DNA of 64,000 bases. Origin: the human T2T-CHM13v2.0 reference genome, Homo sapiens. Shown piece by piece: positions 13,135 to 30,100 of the stretch. Each line of letters opens with the position of its first letter. The stretch's first letter is position 1. The position numbers and the translations under genes were made by a program. Where the stretch lies: assembly GCF_009914755.1 (NCBI RefSeq), contig NC_060933.1; one strand, written 5' to 3'. The notes below the pieces were generated by a model. That model was not told the DNA's origin. It ran no database searches and saw only the letters and a list, made by a program, of their open reading frames with translations.

Positions 13135-14529
13135 AAAGTACTTGTAATAGAAGTTTATGAACAGAAAGCAAAGAAGAAATAATTTTCTCACATACACATA
13201 AACCCCTGGTCCTCCCACCCTCTGCCACTTTGTGTCTTTCATGATGTCTTGAAAAATAAACTTTCATGGAATGTCTGATGTGAAAGATTTATTATATCTA
13301 TAATTTAAACTTTGGCAAGTGACTAAGAACCAGGAACATGCATTAATAGTAAAAACCAATAAAACAATATTAAGCTGAAAGTTTGACACACATTCCATAA
13401 TTCTTCACCCACGGTTCAAGTGTGAAGAGCATAGCACACTGGAGGCAATTACATTTTCAGAATGAAAGGAATTTTAATTCCCAATTCTTGTGCTCATTCA
13501 CTTCAAATCTTGCTCAATTGCAAAATGTAACTAGAGATTTAATAACTACTGTTACCCTGAGAGAATGCATTAGGAATAAATTTAGATTAAAAAAATTTAC
13601 ATCCTCTACATAACTGGAAGATTCCTCTCGTGCTTAGGAGTGGACTGACAGAGAGCTTACTCACCTTTCTGTACTCCACAGGCACTTGTACATTTGCAGC
13701 ACAGCTCTTTTAGCCACGATCTAAAATAGGTCTTTTCTAGACCTTTTTTTTTTTTTTTTTTTTTGAACAAACTGTTACTGAGTTATCTGGGTGTCAGGGA
13801 TTTGATAAATGCTTGTGTAGAAAACCTAGTAATGAGTGAGTGAGACGTGAAACAGAACCTGATTTCAGAGGATGGAAATGAAAAATAATAGATTTAATTT
13901 GAAAATCTATGGATTTCCCAAATTTCAGAATGAAGAGATGAAACAAACGACATTTTCTGAGTTCACTGTAAGCCTTTTACATGGCAGTATTTATATCAGT
14001 AAAATTATGTAGACAGTATTCAATTTAGTTCTAAGGCCAAATTATTACTTTTTTTTTTGTATAGATCAAATTTAATTGATTGCCAGGCTTAGATCTAAGC
14101 TGAACTCCGCTCAGTGCAAACATTCGAAAATCCTCCCTTCTCATCGTACGCCTGAGAATCTGGTTATATGTTATAGTCCTGCCTTATGGACATAGATCCA
14201 CCGTGTAAGCTTTGGTAATGCAGCCTCTTTTCTGTTACCTGTTCGTGTACTGTAATTTATTCTAAAACCATTTTGTGTTATTAGACATTGTTTACAATGG
14301 CAAATGTAAAACAAGAAATACTAAAAAAACCATTTCAAGTCTTACTTGACCTCTTTGCAATTGTTTATCATGCCTTCTTCCTCAAAATTCTCCTGGCTTC
14401 TGCAGCAGCGTTTTCTACTGATTCTACCTCATCCAGTTGATTGCTGCTTTTCAGTCACACTCATGGAGTCTTTTGACTCTACTTCTACTTTACTCATTTT
14501 GTAAAATTATTTATTTTTGGAATAGGTAA

Positions 14530-14618
14530 TACATACATATATATACACACGCATATATATATACACATACATATATACACATACATATATACATACATAC
14601 ATATATACATATATACAC

Positions 14619-14652
<34 letters not shown>
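14530..14652. repeat. (TACA/TA)n compound microsatellite
   Basis: Direct inspection. Confidence 0.9.
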
Positions 14653-14653
<1 letters not shown>

Positions 14654-16422
14654 AAACAAAATTTAAAGGGTGAAAGAATAAATTGGTAAAATCAATCTCC
14701 CTTCATTCTATGTCTTGTAGTAATCTAATCTGTCTTGACAGAGCAACCATGATTAACACTTTTTTGCTATTCATTGCAGAGAGGCTTTATAAATTTAAAA
14801 TTATCTATATTTAATTTTTTCCTACTAATTGTAGTATATTGTGTGTCCCATTTTGTTCCTTGATTTTTTTTTACTTAGAATATATATTTGGCATATTATT
14901 GCCTACCAGTTCCATTATAACTAGCTCATCCTTTGTAATTACCTCACAGTAAAATTTATTTATTAAATTTCCTATAGATTTATATTTAGATTGCTTTTCT
15001 TTTTACCTACATGAGTGCTTCATTAGATATATTTTTTAAAGTTCAATATGTACTTCTTCCATTATATTCATAGAGTGAACTTTAAGAAATAGAATTTCTG
15101 AACCTAAGAATATACACATTTTTAATTTCAATAGATAAAAAAATTCTAAATTGCCCCCATAAATGCTATAACCAGTCCCATCTGTAATAAACGAATCTAC
15201 TATATTTACTTTTGCATCTGTATTTTTAAAATAATATTGATTAACTTGTTCTATTTCTACTTCCTTCTTCTTCCACTTCTACCATATTATATTATTTGTC
15301 TTATATTCATGTTTATGTCTTCAAATATACTTCTATTACTTGATTAACCTATTTTACATTTTAACTCCTCCTTTGTATTAAAATATAAATAAATTAATAT
15401 AAATACACTCTTCTTCCCCTACTAACATTAATTAATCCTGTCTTTTCAACACAGGATTCAAAATATTTCCTTTCTATTTAGTAACTGAAAACATTGGTAA
15501 ATTATTTTCTGAAGCTAGTTTAATTTCAGAAAGAGAGGGGTCGACTGTTCCTGGCTTATAGCTTCAAGTCTTTAAGTCCAGGCACTCCTAGATGTATAAT
15601 AGATGTAGGCAGTACCATCAGGCACCAGATTTTCTTTTTTCCTAGGCTTAACTCTCCTTTGTGGTAACTTCATTTTCTGGTTGCTTCTTCCTGTGTAGTG
15701 GCAAGACTTTTAGTCTTACATTTTAGTGGTACAATAATTATGTAGCTCAAGATCCATTTTCTCTTTAGCTCAAAAAAAAAAAAACAAAACAGGAACAAAA
15801 AATCAAATTTGAATCTCATCCTACCAGTCTAATCCTGTCTTGACATCTGCATCTCTGATAACTTGAACTTGGAAATCTTCTAGTTCCCAACCTGAATAGC
15901 AAAAGTCTGACAGCCTATACTCTAGGAAAGGTGCCTCATTTCATCTTTCAGCCACCCTTGCCTTCACACTCGCACTGTCTTGTGTGTCTTAAGTGTGTAT
16001 ATCCCTGGTTCAGCTATTCAAAAAGTAAAATTTCCAGTTGTCTACAATAATGAAAAAAAGAAAGTAGCTTTACCATGTGAGCCAAGAGAGGACCAAGAAT
16101 CTAAAAGTATGTAATTTAGAGATTCTATCAATTTATCTGTCCCATACACTGCCTTATGTACTGAGATTCAGCTTATATCTAATGCTCTTCTCTATCCCCA
16201 TTCAACCACCTCCTCTTAATTTATAAACATACATAAATATGGGTGCACATGTGTGCATGTGCAAATGTACATGCACACATACACAGAGGAGGTTAGGTTT
16301 CAGCTCATTCTATTGGCTGTATTCATTCTACTAAATCTATTGCCACCAATTCACCCACTTTCTCTCCCTGAAAATTATATTTATTTCATTTATGTTTTTA
16401 GTCATTCACTGTATTAATTTAC

Positions 16423-16762
16423 TGTATTAGTACATTTTCACACTGCTAATGAAGACATACCCGAGACTGGGCTATTTACAAAAGAAAGAGGTTTTAATGG
16501 ACTTAAAGTTCCACATGGCTGTGGAGGCCTCACAATTATGGTGGAAGGTGAAAGACATGTCTCACATGGCAGCAGATAAGGGAGCTTGTGGAGGGAAACT
16601 CCTCCTTATAAAACCATCAGATCTCTTGAGACTTATTCACTGTGAAGAGAACAGCAGGAGAAAGACCTGCCCCTATGATTCAATTACCTCCCACCAGGTC
16701 CCTCCCACAACACATGGGAATTCATGATGAGATTTGGGTGGGGACAGAGCAAAACCATACCA
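16423..16762 (-). mobile_element. THE1 (A/B/C-type) MaLR solo LTR
   Basis: TGTATTAGT...GACATACCCGAGACTGGG...GAGATTTGGGTGGGGACAGAGCAAAACCATACCA is the reverse complement of a THE1 LTR. Confidence 0.9.
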
Positions 16763-18483
16763 TCCACTCAATCTTAACTTCAACAAACATTTACTGATCA
16801 TTCACTATTAATCAAGATTTGAGCTCATTTTTATGGATACATAAGCAAAATAAAACCAATCTATTTTTCTTATTGAATTTATCATAAATAAGTAGACAAA
16901 TGTTACTGAATAAGGGCAAAATTAAAATGGCTGATGTGTTTTACAAGTCGTGGATGAGGCAGTCAGTGGTATTTTAAGATTATATAAATTAAAATTTGAC
17001 TTAAGGGGTCAAAGAAGTAGTGAATGATTTGTTATTTGAAGCAGTAATCTACTGATGGCAGCCCCACAAAGAAGGTGCAAAGGGAGGAGGAAAGGTAGGG
17101 TCAAAAGTGGAACACAATTTAGAGAGGATACAGCATTTATATGATGAGTGGTAATGAAGGTACTCAGACTATCATCAAATCCTTCTGCAGGGAAGGGCTT
17201 CATTGAAAAGTCAGGGACCTACAACTGCCCCTTTCATTTCAGTGATGTCTGTCCTCAAACTTCATGTAGAATTCTACCTATTTATGAACATGGACTTAAA
17301 GAGATCCTTGTCATTTTTAAATAAGCAAAAGATTATCTGTCATAGAGTCTATTGGTTACAGAGCTCAGAAACAGTGCTGCTCAATTAAAGCTTCCAGGAG
17401 TAAGATTTACTTCCAACATAAAAACAAATGACAATAATGCAGAAAATAAGCAAATAAAAATACCTTGCCATTGACTTAAAGACTCTTAAAGTGAATCTGA
17501 CTTAGAGTAATCATCTAATTTCATTGATAGACAAAAATACCAGGGTATACAATCTTTTCATGGAAGGTATTTTATGTTTTTTGTAATTGTGAAAGAGGAA
17601 ATGTTAATACAACAGATGAAAGTTGAGCCACATAAGTTCAAAGGTTATTGACTTCTTTGAATCTATGAATCTATCCTCTGTTGACATCCTACTTCAATTT
17701 TTGACCACTAAAAAATCAGTCTTTTTTTTTTTATAGCATTCAGGGCAATTATCTTGCCTAAGGCTTAAGATCTGAATAAACTAGACGTTACTCTTTTGCT
17801 TTTTTAATGCAAAATATGGTTTTGATTTGTAAATGCATTCAGAGGCACAGCAATGGGTACCAAAATTATTATTTTTTAAATGAAATAAAAATGGAGTTGA
17901 CAGCTGAAGCACTTTCACAGCAGTTATTATTATGTGTTATTATTAGCAGCAGCATGTGGTGACATTTTAGACTCTAAATCCACAGAAATATATCCTAGAT
18001 CATGGATATTCCAGATGCTAGGGAGAAGAAAATAGAAATGCTACTGTCTGGCTTAATGTGAGAGAATTTTTTTTAATGAAATGAGAAGTCTGATCATTTT
18101 GGACTGGATAGTAGGGATTGATTCATCCCTATCACTAAAAGTTAAATGGTTAATACGACGGCTTTCCTACAAACATAGATATCTGCCACTGAAAATACTG
18201 CTCAGAATATGCTGAGGAATATATTTGAGACTTTAAGCTGTGTGAAACCTGTCACATTGTTAGCGACATAACAGCAGAATATCTCATGGAATTAGTCATT
18301 GTGAGTCCTCTGCCATATAGCTCAGTGGAGTGCAAACCTAGTGTATTGTGTCCTTAGGCTGAATCAGAAAAGGTTCCATTGTACATGTAAATAAATGTCT
18401 AGACTTTCTTGACGATTAGTTCTGTTCTTAGTACTCAAATTTTCTTTAGCAGAAATTGGACATTGACATTCTATATGTGCAAT

Positions 18484-18577
18484 CAGGCAGCATAATGTAG
18501 TCATTAGAAATACGGAGCTGCATTTGAAAACACATAGCTCTGATCCTCGCTTGATGTGTATTCCTGGGAAGTATCTT
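18484..18577 (+). mobile_element. MIR, 5' part (continues at 21724-21810 after the L1 insertion)
   Basis: AGGCAGCATAATGTAGT...CCTGGGAAGTATCTT resumes as TATCTTAATCCCTCTAAACCTTGCTTTCCTGATCTGTAAAATG (MIR core). Confidence 0.65.
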
Positions 18578-21723
<3,146 letters not shown>

Positions 21724-21789
21724 TATCTTAATCCCTCTAAACCTTGCTTTCCTGATCTGTAAAATGTGATCATAGTAGAGCCTACCTGA

Positions 21790-22126
<337 letters not shown>

Positions 22127-22933
22127 TAATTATATCTTCTTAAATCAAGCTCTCTTATCCAAGTCTGTCAAGGTCACATAACTGAAAAATCCGAAAATTA
22201 AAATTCACACAGTATGGCCTCTAAATGACAGAGAGTGGCTCATTCTCTGGGAATGACACAAATGCCTTAATTTGAACCCTAGCTCCATCAGTAACTAGCT
22301 CTGTGACTAAGGCATTTCCTTAGCATTGTCACTGACCCAAAACACTTCAATATGTTATTTATTTATTTTTAGTAAAGAAATGTTAATCTAGCAGTGCTAT
22401 TCAGGATAGTTTAGGAAATCCTTTATAGAAATGTGAATAAAATAAATTAACTTTATGAGATGAGAATTTCAAGCTTGGCCATAAGGGAAATTTCCCCAGC
22501 TACTTATTAAGATCTTTACATTTTGTCACAAAGTGAAGACTTTAATGTATGTACTTGAGGGTAGGACAGTGGCTGCATGATGCAATCAGGAGACTAGGAT
22601 CATTGTGACATCTTTTAGCCATTCTTAGCATGAAGTTGTGCCCCCCGCCCCAACAATTGTCACAGCTGTCTGTTCCACCTTATGATCAGATGCCAGGCAG
22701 GGAGAAATGGAATGACAAAGGAAAATGGCACATGCTGCATCTGGCATGCATTTAAATCCTAAACAACAGTTTTCCTTCACCTCTCATTGGCCAGAATCAT
22801 ATCAGTCACCCGCTATCTAACAGGAGGTGGGGAAAAAAAATTTAGTGTTTAATATACAATGCTACCCCAACAAATTCAGATATTGTTGTTGATATGAATG
22901 ATATGAAAGAAGAAATAAATGGATATTAGATAT

Positions 22934-25212
22934 TGACATGGTTTGGCTGTGTCCCCACCCAAATCTCATCCTGAACTGTATGTAGTTCCCATAATCTCCA
23001 CATGTCATGGAGGGGACCTGGTGGGAGATTACTGAATCATGGAAGTTGTTACCTCCATGCTGTTCTCCTGAGAGTGAGTTCTCATGAGATCTGATTATAA
23101 GGAACATTTCTCCCCCTTAGCTCTGCATTTATCCTTGCTGCTGCCATGTCAAGAAGGACATGTTTGCTTCTCCTTTTGCCTTGATTATAAGTTTCCTCAG
23201 GCCTTCCCAGGATGCTGAATTGTGATTCAGTTAAACCTCTTTCCTTTATAAATTACCCAGTCTCAGGTATATCTTTATTAGCAGCATGAGAACGGACTAA
23301 TACCGTATACTGGTAGTGGGTACTGGATTGGGGTGCTGATGTAAAGATAGCTGAAAATGTGGAAGCAATTTTGGAACTGGGCAATAGGCAGAGGTTGGAA
23401 CCATTTAGAGAGCTCAGAAGAAGACAGGAATATGTGGGAGTTTGAAATTTCCTAGAGAGTTAAGGAATGGCTTTCACCAAAATGCTGATAGTGATATGGA
23501 CAATAAAGTCCAGGCTGAGATGGTCTCAGATGGAGATGGAGAACTTTTTGGGAAGTGGAGTAAAGGTCACACCTGCTATGCAAAGAGACTGGTGGTATTT
23601 TTCCCCTGCCCTAGAGACCTGTGGAACTTCCAACTTAAGAGAGATTATTTAGGGTATTTGGTGGAAGAAATTTCTAAGCAGCAAGGAATTCAGGAGGTGA
23701 CAGGCACAGAAGTTTGGAAAATTTGCAGCCTGACAATGTGGTAGAAAAGAAAAACCAATTTCCTGGGGAGAAATTAAAACTGGCTCTAGAAATTGGCATA
23801 AGTAACCAGGAGCCAAATATTAATAGCCAAGACAATGTAGAAAACGACTCCAGAGCATGTCAGAGACCGTCATGGCAGCTCCTCCCATCACAGGTGGAGA
23901 GGCCTAGGAGGAAAAAATAGTTTTGTGGGCCACGACCAGTGTCCCCCTGCTTTGTGTAGCCTAGGAACTTGGTGTTCTGTGTCCAAGCCATTCTGTCTAT
24001 GGCTAAAAGGGGCCAAGGTAGAGCTCAGACCATGGCTTCAGAGGGTACAAGTCCCAAGCCTTGGCAGCTTTCATGTGTTGTTGGTCCTGTAGGTGTGCAG
24101 AAGTCAAGAACTGGGTTTTGGGCACCTCCGCCTAGATTTCAGAGGATATATGGAAACACCTGGATATCCAGGCTGAGGTGTGCTGCAAATGAAGGGTCCT
24201 CATGGAGAATCTCTGCTACTGCAGTGCAGAAGGAAATTGTGGGGTTGGAGCCTCCAAACAGAGTCCCCTCCTCTCTGGGGAACTGCATAGTGGAGCTGTG
24301 AGAAGGGGGCTACTGTTCTCCAGACCCCAGAATGGTAGATCCACTGCCAGCTTGCACCGTGCACCTGAAAAAGCCACAGACACTCAATGCCAGCCATGGA
24401 AGCAGCCAGGAGGGGGGCTATACCCTGCAAAGCCACAGGGGCAAAGCAGCCTCAGGCTGTGGGAGCCAACCTCTTGCATCAGTGTGACCTCAATGTGAGA
24501 CACAAAGTCAAAGGTGATCATTTTAGAACTTTAAAGTTTAATGATTTCCCTACTGGATTTCAGACTTGCATGGGGTCTGTAGCCCCTATGTTTTGGCCAA
24601 CTTCTCCCATTTTTAATAAGTGTATTTACCCAATGCCTGTCCTCCCATTGTATCTAGGGAGTGACTAACTTGCTTTTGATTTTATAGGCTCATAGGTGGA
24701 AGGGACTTGCCTTGTCCCAGATAAGACTTTAGACTTAGACTTTTGAGTTCATGGTGAATGAGTTAAGACTCTGGGGAACTGTTGGAAGGGCATGATTGTG
24801 TTTTGAATTGTAAGGACATGAGATTTGGATCAGGCCAGGGGCAGAATGATATGGTTTGGCTGTGTTCCTTCCCAAATCTCATCTTGAACTGTAGTTCCCA
24901 TAATCTCCACAAGTCATGAGAGGGACCCAGTAGGAGGAATTGAATCATGGACATGGTTACTTCCATGCTGTTCTCATGATAGTGAGTGAGTTCTCACAAG
25001 ATCTGATGGTTTTATGAGATTTCCTTCCCCTTTGATCTGCACTTCTCCTTGCTGCCATCATGTGAAGAACTTGTTTCCCCTTCCACCATGATTGTAAGTT
25101 TCCTGAGGCCTCCCCAGCCATGCGGAACTGTGAGTCAATTAAAATTCCTTTCTTTATAAATTACCCAGTCTTGGGTATGTCTTTATTAGTAGTGTGAGAA
25201 TGAGTTCATACA
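22934..25212 (+). mobile_element. Complete THE1 (THE1D-like) MaLR provirus: LTR 22934-23304, internal region, LTR 24847-25212
   Basis: Two homologous LTRs starting TGA(C/T)ATGGTTTGGCTGTGT. Purine-rich tract GGCCAGGGGCAGAA precedes the 3' LTR. Perfect 5-bp TSD GATAT (22929-22933 / 25213-25217). Confidence 0.93.
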
Positions 25213-26822
25213 GATATTTAGTATTATCAGACAAAGAAAAACAAGTTTGGTACTAAACTGCCTACTCCACACATATTATCATGTTTAATCCTCAAAATAA
25301 AACAAACCTCTAGATGTCATAAATTATAAGGCTATTTTTGATGTGGGCATGATATTTTGTACATTCCCAACACTGAAAGTAGAGTAAACATTTGTCTGCT
25401 CCAAGGCCTATGACCTTTCCACTGCCCTACATTGTCTTCCTTGAAATGCTGTCTCAGATCTGATAGTAGATCATTAAATAGCTGCAATTAATCCTTATCA
25501 TTTCTATCTTCTTAGAAATGGTAGATAAATGTTTCCCTGTAGTTCTGCTGCTGAAGTTAAATATAGCTTTTTGTAACTATCAAAGGTGATTATTTCATGG
25601 GACACAGTTATTCAAGCCAAGAGCAATAAGCTCAAATGTAGGAAACCTGGGATCTTAAACTTTATCCATCTCTGCCAGTTAGCTTCTCTGGTCCTGAACT
25701 GTCATAACTTGTGAAGCAGAAAAGGTAGTCTGACCCTTCTATCTGACCCTGTTTTGTAAGTAAAGATGGGAAAATATTATTTGGAAGTACAAGTTCCTGC
25801 TATACAAATATGAGGAATTATTATTATTGATCTTGTAGCCCAGTGTGGCAGTCTACTTGATACTCTATCAGACGCTTAATTGAGCAGTTTCAGTGCAAGC
25901 ATCTAAGCTGACAGCAGCTGAAGACTGATTCTCCTCTTTGACAAAATGCAGAATCTAGATGAATACATTCTGTCCTCTCTGGTGCATGCCCGTGAGGATG
26001 GGTTATCAACACTTTTCAGAAATAAATGTAAAATCAGTCTAAAACATGATATGAGGTAATAACTCTCCACAGACCTTACTAATTGATGATTATTTGTGTA
26101 AATACTGTTTGTGGCATTTTTTTTTCTTCACCTTTCACCAAAAAGAAAAAAAAAAGATCATTTATTAGGTTAACAATTACTTATCTATTTAGTGGTTCCT
26201 ATGTCTTACACATTGTGGCAGTGTCTGGGAATGCACCAAGGAACAAGAAATATGTTTCTTACCTTCATGGATTTTCTGATCTATCATCGAAAAAAATTAA
26301 AAAGTTAATTAAACACATCATGTTTCATTAGGTAACTGAGTAGGTCACAAATCAGTAAAAAATGTTGTAAGGAGGCAAGATAAATAGAAGCACAATGGAA
26401 ACTTTATATAAGCAGTGCAAACACAAACACATGGCTTTTCACAATCATGAGCAATATGGTCTAAAATTATTATTTATAAATCCATGAAATCAACTTAAAT
26501 ATATGTAATTTTACCCCAAATTCAGAAAAGTATGGGAGAAAATTTTTAACTTACCACTTTGGAACTTTAATGACTTTGTAAAAACGATACTGTATAAATT
26601 TAAAAAAAAACTATTGAAATAAAATACGATAATTTCTATGTTATGTATATCTTTACTTGTTAATATAAACCATGACTTTAGTAGAATCTGCACATCTAAA
26701 GACATGAGGAGGAATGAGTACATGGATAGTTGGCAACTTGCAATGGGCCTGGTCCCTAACTTACACTTATGGTTCCACATACAATTTATTAACTTTACAT
26801 TGGTGGAAACACAGTACACATT

Positions 26823-26952
26823 CAGTAGGCTCCTCAACTTCGCATGGGGTTACATCCTAATAAACTCATTGAAAGTGCATGTTTCCCTTAGAATATTTTT
26901 AATTTAGATGGGTTTATCATATATGACTACATGGGAAGCTGAGGGGCATCTG
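26823..26952. mobile_element. MER47/Tigger5-type short MITE
   Basis: Long imperfect TIRs: CAGTAGGCTCCTCAACTT..ATGGGGTTACATCCTAATAAACTCAT and ATGGGTTTATC..AAGCTGAGGGGCATCTG. Confidence 0.7.
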
Positions 26953-27075
26953 TGTGTGTGTGTGTGTGTATATATATTTCATATATATTGCTCATATATA
27001 TATCTCATATATATAATTCATACATATATATACAAATATATATGTAGTATATTTGTATATATATCATATATATAT
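26951..27075. repeat. (TG)n/(TA)n microsatellite
   Basis: Direct inspection. Confidence 0.85.
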
Positions 27076-27150
27076 AGTTGGTGTAAAAGTAATTGCAATT
27101 TTTGCCATTAAAAGTAATGGCTAAAACTGCAATTACTTTTGTATCATCTA
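27075..27150. mobile_element. MADE1 (Hsmar1-derived MITE), palindromic
   Basis: TAGTTGGTGTAAAAGTAATTGC..TTTTTGCCATT AAAAGT AATGGCTAAAACTGCAATTACTTTTGTATCATCTA, flanked by TA. Confidence 0.9.
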
Positions 27151-30100
27151 TATATATCTCAATCTCAGATGATATATGGACAGAGTTGAAAATAAAGTCA
27201 CAGCATTAGAGAGAAAAAGCGGTCTTCTTGCCTTCTTGTGGTCAGTTTCATTTTTTTAAAAAAATTTACTTTAAGTTCTGGTGTACATATGTGGAATATG
27301 TAGGTTTGTTACATAGGTATACATGTGCCATGGTGGTTTGCTGCACCCATCAACCCCTTACCTACGTTAGGTATTTCTCCTAAATCTATCCCTGTCCCAG
27401 ACCACCATCCGCTGACAGGCCCTGGTGTGTGTTGCCCCCCTACCCCCTTGTCCATGTTTTCTCATTGTTCAACTTCCACCTATGAGTGAGAACATGCGGT
27501 GTTTTGTTTTCTGTTCTTGTGTTGGTTTCCAGCCTCATCCTTGTCCTTGCAAAAGACATGAACTCATCCATTTTTATGGCTGCATGATATTCCATGGTGT
27601 ATATGTGCCACATTTTCCTTTGCCAGTCTATCATTGATGGGCAATTGGGTTGGCTCAAAGTCTTTGCTATTGTGAACAGAGCCACAATAAACATACGTGT
27701 ACATGTGTCTTTATAGTAGAATGATTTATAATCCTTTAGGTATATACCCAGTAATGGGATTGCTGGGTCAAGTGGTATTTCTAGTTCTAGCTCCTTGAGG
27801 AATTGTCACAGTGTCTTCCACAATGGTTGAACTAATTTACACTCCCACCAACAGTGTAAAAGTGTTCCTATTTCTCCACATCCTCTCCAGCATCTGTTTC
27901 CTGACTTTTTAATGATTGCCATTCTAACTATTGTGAGATGATATCTCATTATGGTTTTGAATTGGATTTCTCTAATGAACAGTGATGATGAGCTTTTTTT
28001 CATATGTTTGTTGTCCACATAAATGTCTTCTTTTGATAAGTGCCTGTTCATATCCTTTGTCCACTTTTTGATGGGGTTGTTTGTTTGTTTGTTTTTCTTG
28101 GCAATTTGAGTTCTTTCTAGATTCTGCATATTAGCCCTTTGTCAGGTGGATAGATTGCAAAAATTTTCTCCCATTCTCTAAGTTGCTGGTACACTCTGAT
28201 GATAGTTTCTTTTTCTATGCAGGAGCTGTTTAGTTAGATCCCATTTGTCAATTTTGGCTTTTGTTGCCATTGCTTTTTGTGTTTTAGTCATGAAGACTTT
28301 GCCCATTCCTGTGTCCTAGGATGGTATTGCCTAGGTTTTCTTCTAGTGTTGTTATGGTTTTAGGTCTTACCTTCAAGTCTTTAATCCATCTTGAGTTAAT
28401 TTTTATATAAGATATAAGGAAGGGATCCAGTTTCAGCTTTCTGCATATGGCTAGCTAGTTTTCCCAACAGCATTTATTAAATAGGGAATCCTTTCCCTAT
28501 CGCTTGTTTTTGTCATATTTGTCAAAGATCAGATGGTTGTAGATTTGTGGTGTGATTTTTGAGGTGTCTATTCTGTTGCATTGGTCTATATATCTGTTTT
28601 GGTACCAGTGCCGTGCTGTTTTGGTTACTGCAGCCTTGTAGTATAGTTTGAAGTAAAGTGGAGTGATGCCTCCAGCTTTGTTCTTTTTGCTTAGGATTGT
28701 CTTGGCTCTGCAGGCTCATTTTTGGTTCCATATGAAATTTGAAGTAGTTTTTTTCCAATTCTGTGAAGAAAGTCAATAAGTAGCTTCATGGGGATAGCAT
28801 TGAATCTATAATTTACTTTGGACATTATGACCATTTTCATGATATTGATTCTTCCTATCCATGAGCATAGAATGTTTTTCCATTTGTTTGTGTCCTCTCT
28901 TATTTCCTTGAGCGGTGGTTTGTAGTTCTCCTTGAAGAGGTCCTTCACATCCCTTGTAAGTTGTATTCCTAGGTATTTTCTTCTCTTAGTAACACTTGTG
29001 AATGGGAGTTCATTCATGGTTTGGCTCTTTGTCTGTTATTGGTGTATGAGAATGCTTGTGATTTTTGTGAATTGATTTTGTAAGCTGAGATTTTGCTGAA
29101 TTTGCTTATCAGCTTAAGGAGATTTTGGACTGAGACAATGGGGTTTTCTAAATACACAATCATGCCATCTGCAAACAGAGAAATTTAACTTCCTCTTTTC
29201 CTATTTGAATACCATTTATTTCTTTCTCTTCCCTGATTTCCCTGGCCAGAACTTCCAATACTATGTTGAATAGGAGTGGTGAGAGAGGGCATCCTTGTCT
29301 TGTGGTGGTTTTCAAAAGGAACGTTTCCAGTTTCTGCCCATTCAGTATGATATTGGCTATGGGTTTGTCATAAATAGCTCTTACTGTATTGAGATATGTT
29401 ACATCAATACCTAATTTATTCAGAGTTTTTAACATGAAGGGGTGTTGAATTTTGTCAAAGGCCTTTTCTGCATCTATTGAGAAAATCGTGTGTTTTTTGT
29501 CATTGGTTCTATTTATGTGATGGATTACGTTTATTGATTTGCATATGTTAAACCAGCCTTGCATCCCAGGGATGAAGCTGATTGGATCGTGATGCATAAG
29601 GTTTTTGATGTGCTGCTCTATTTGCTTTGCCATTATGTTATTGAGGATTTTCACATCAGTGTTTATCATGGATATTGGCCTGAAATTTTATTTGTTTTGT
29701 TTGCCAGTGCCAGTTTTTGGTATCAGGATAATCCGTCCTCCTGAAATGAATTAGGGAGGAGTCCCTCTTTTTCTTTTGTTTGGAAGAGTTTCAGAAGGAA
29801 TGGTACCAGTTCCTCTTTCTACCTCTGGTAGCATTTGGCTGTGAATCTGTCTTGCCCTGGACTTTTTTTGTTGGTAGGCTATTAATTGCTTCCTTAATTT
29901 CAGAACTTGTTACTGGTCTATTCTGGGATTTGCCTTCTTCCTCATTTAGCCTTGGGAGGGTGTATTTGCCCAGGAATTTATCCATTTCTTCTAGATTTCC
30001 TAGTTTATTTGCATTGAGTTGTTTATAGTATTGTCTGATGGTAGTTTGTATTCCTGTGGGATCAATGGCGATATCCCCTTTAACATTTTTTATTGCATCT

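Noticed and set aside
16249-16280. 15-bp imperfect hairpin ATGTGTGCATGTGCA / TGTACATGCACACAT
   Set aside because: Alternating purine-pyrimidine low-complexity sequence is self-complementary by nature.
23442-24668. ORFs within the THE1 internal region
   Set aside because: Fragments of the decayed MaLR internal ORF with no continuous frame.
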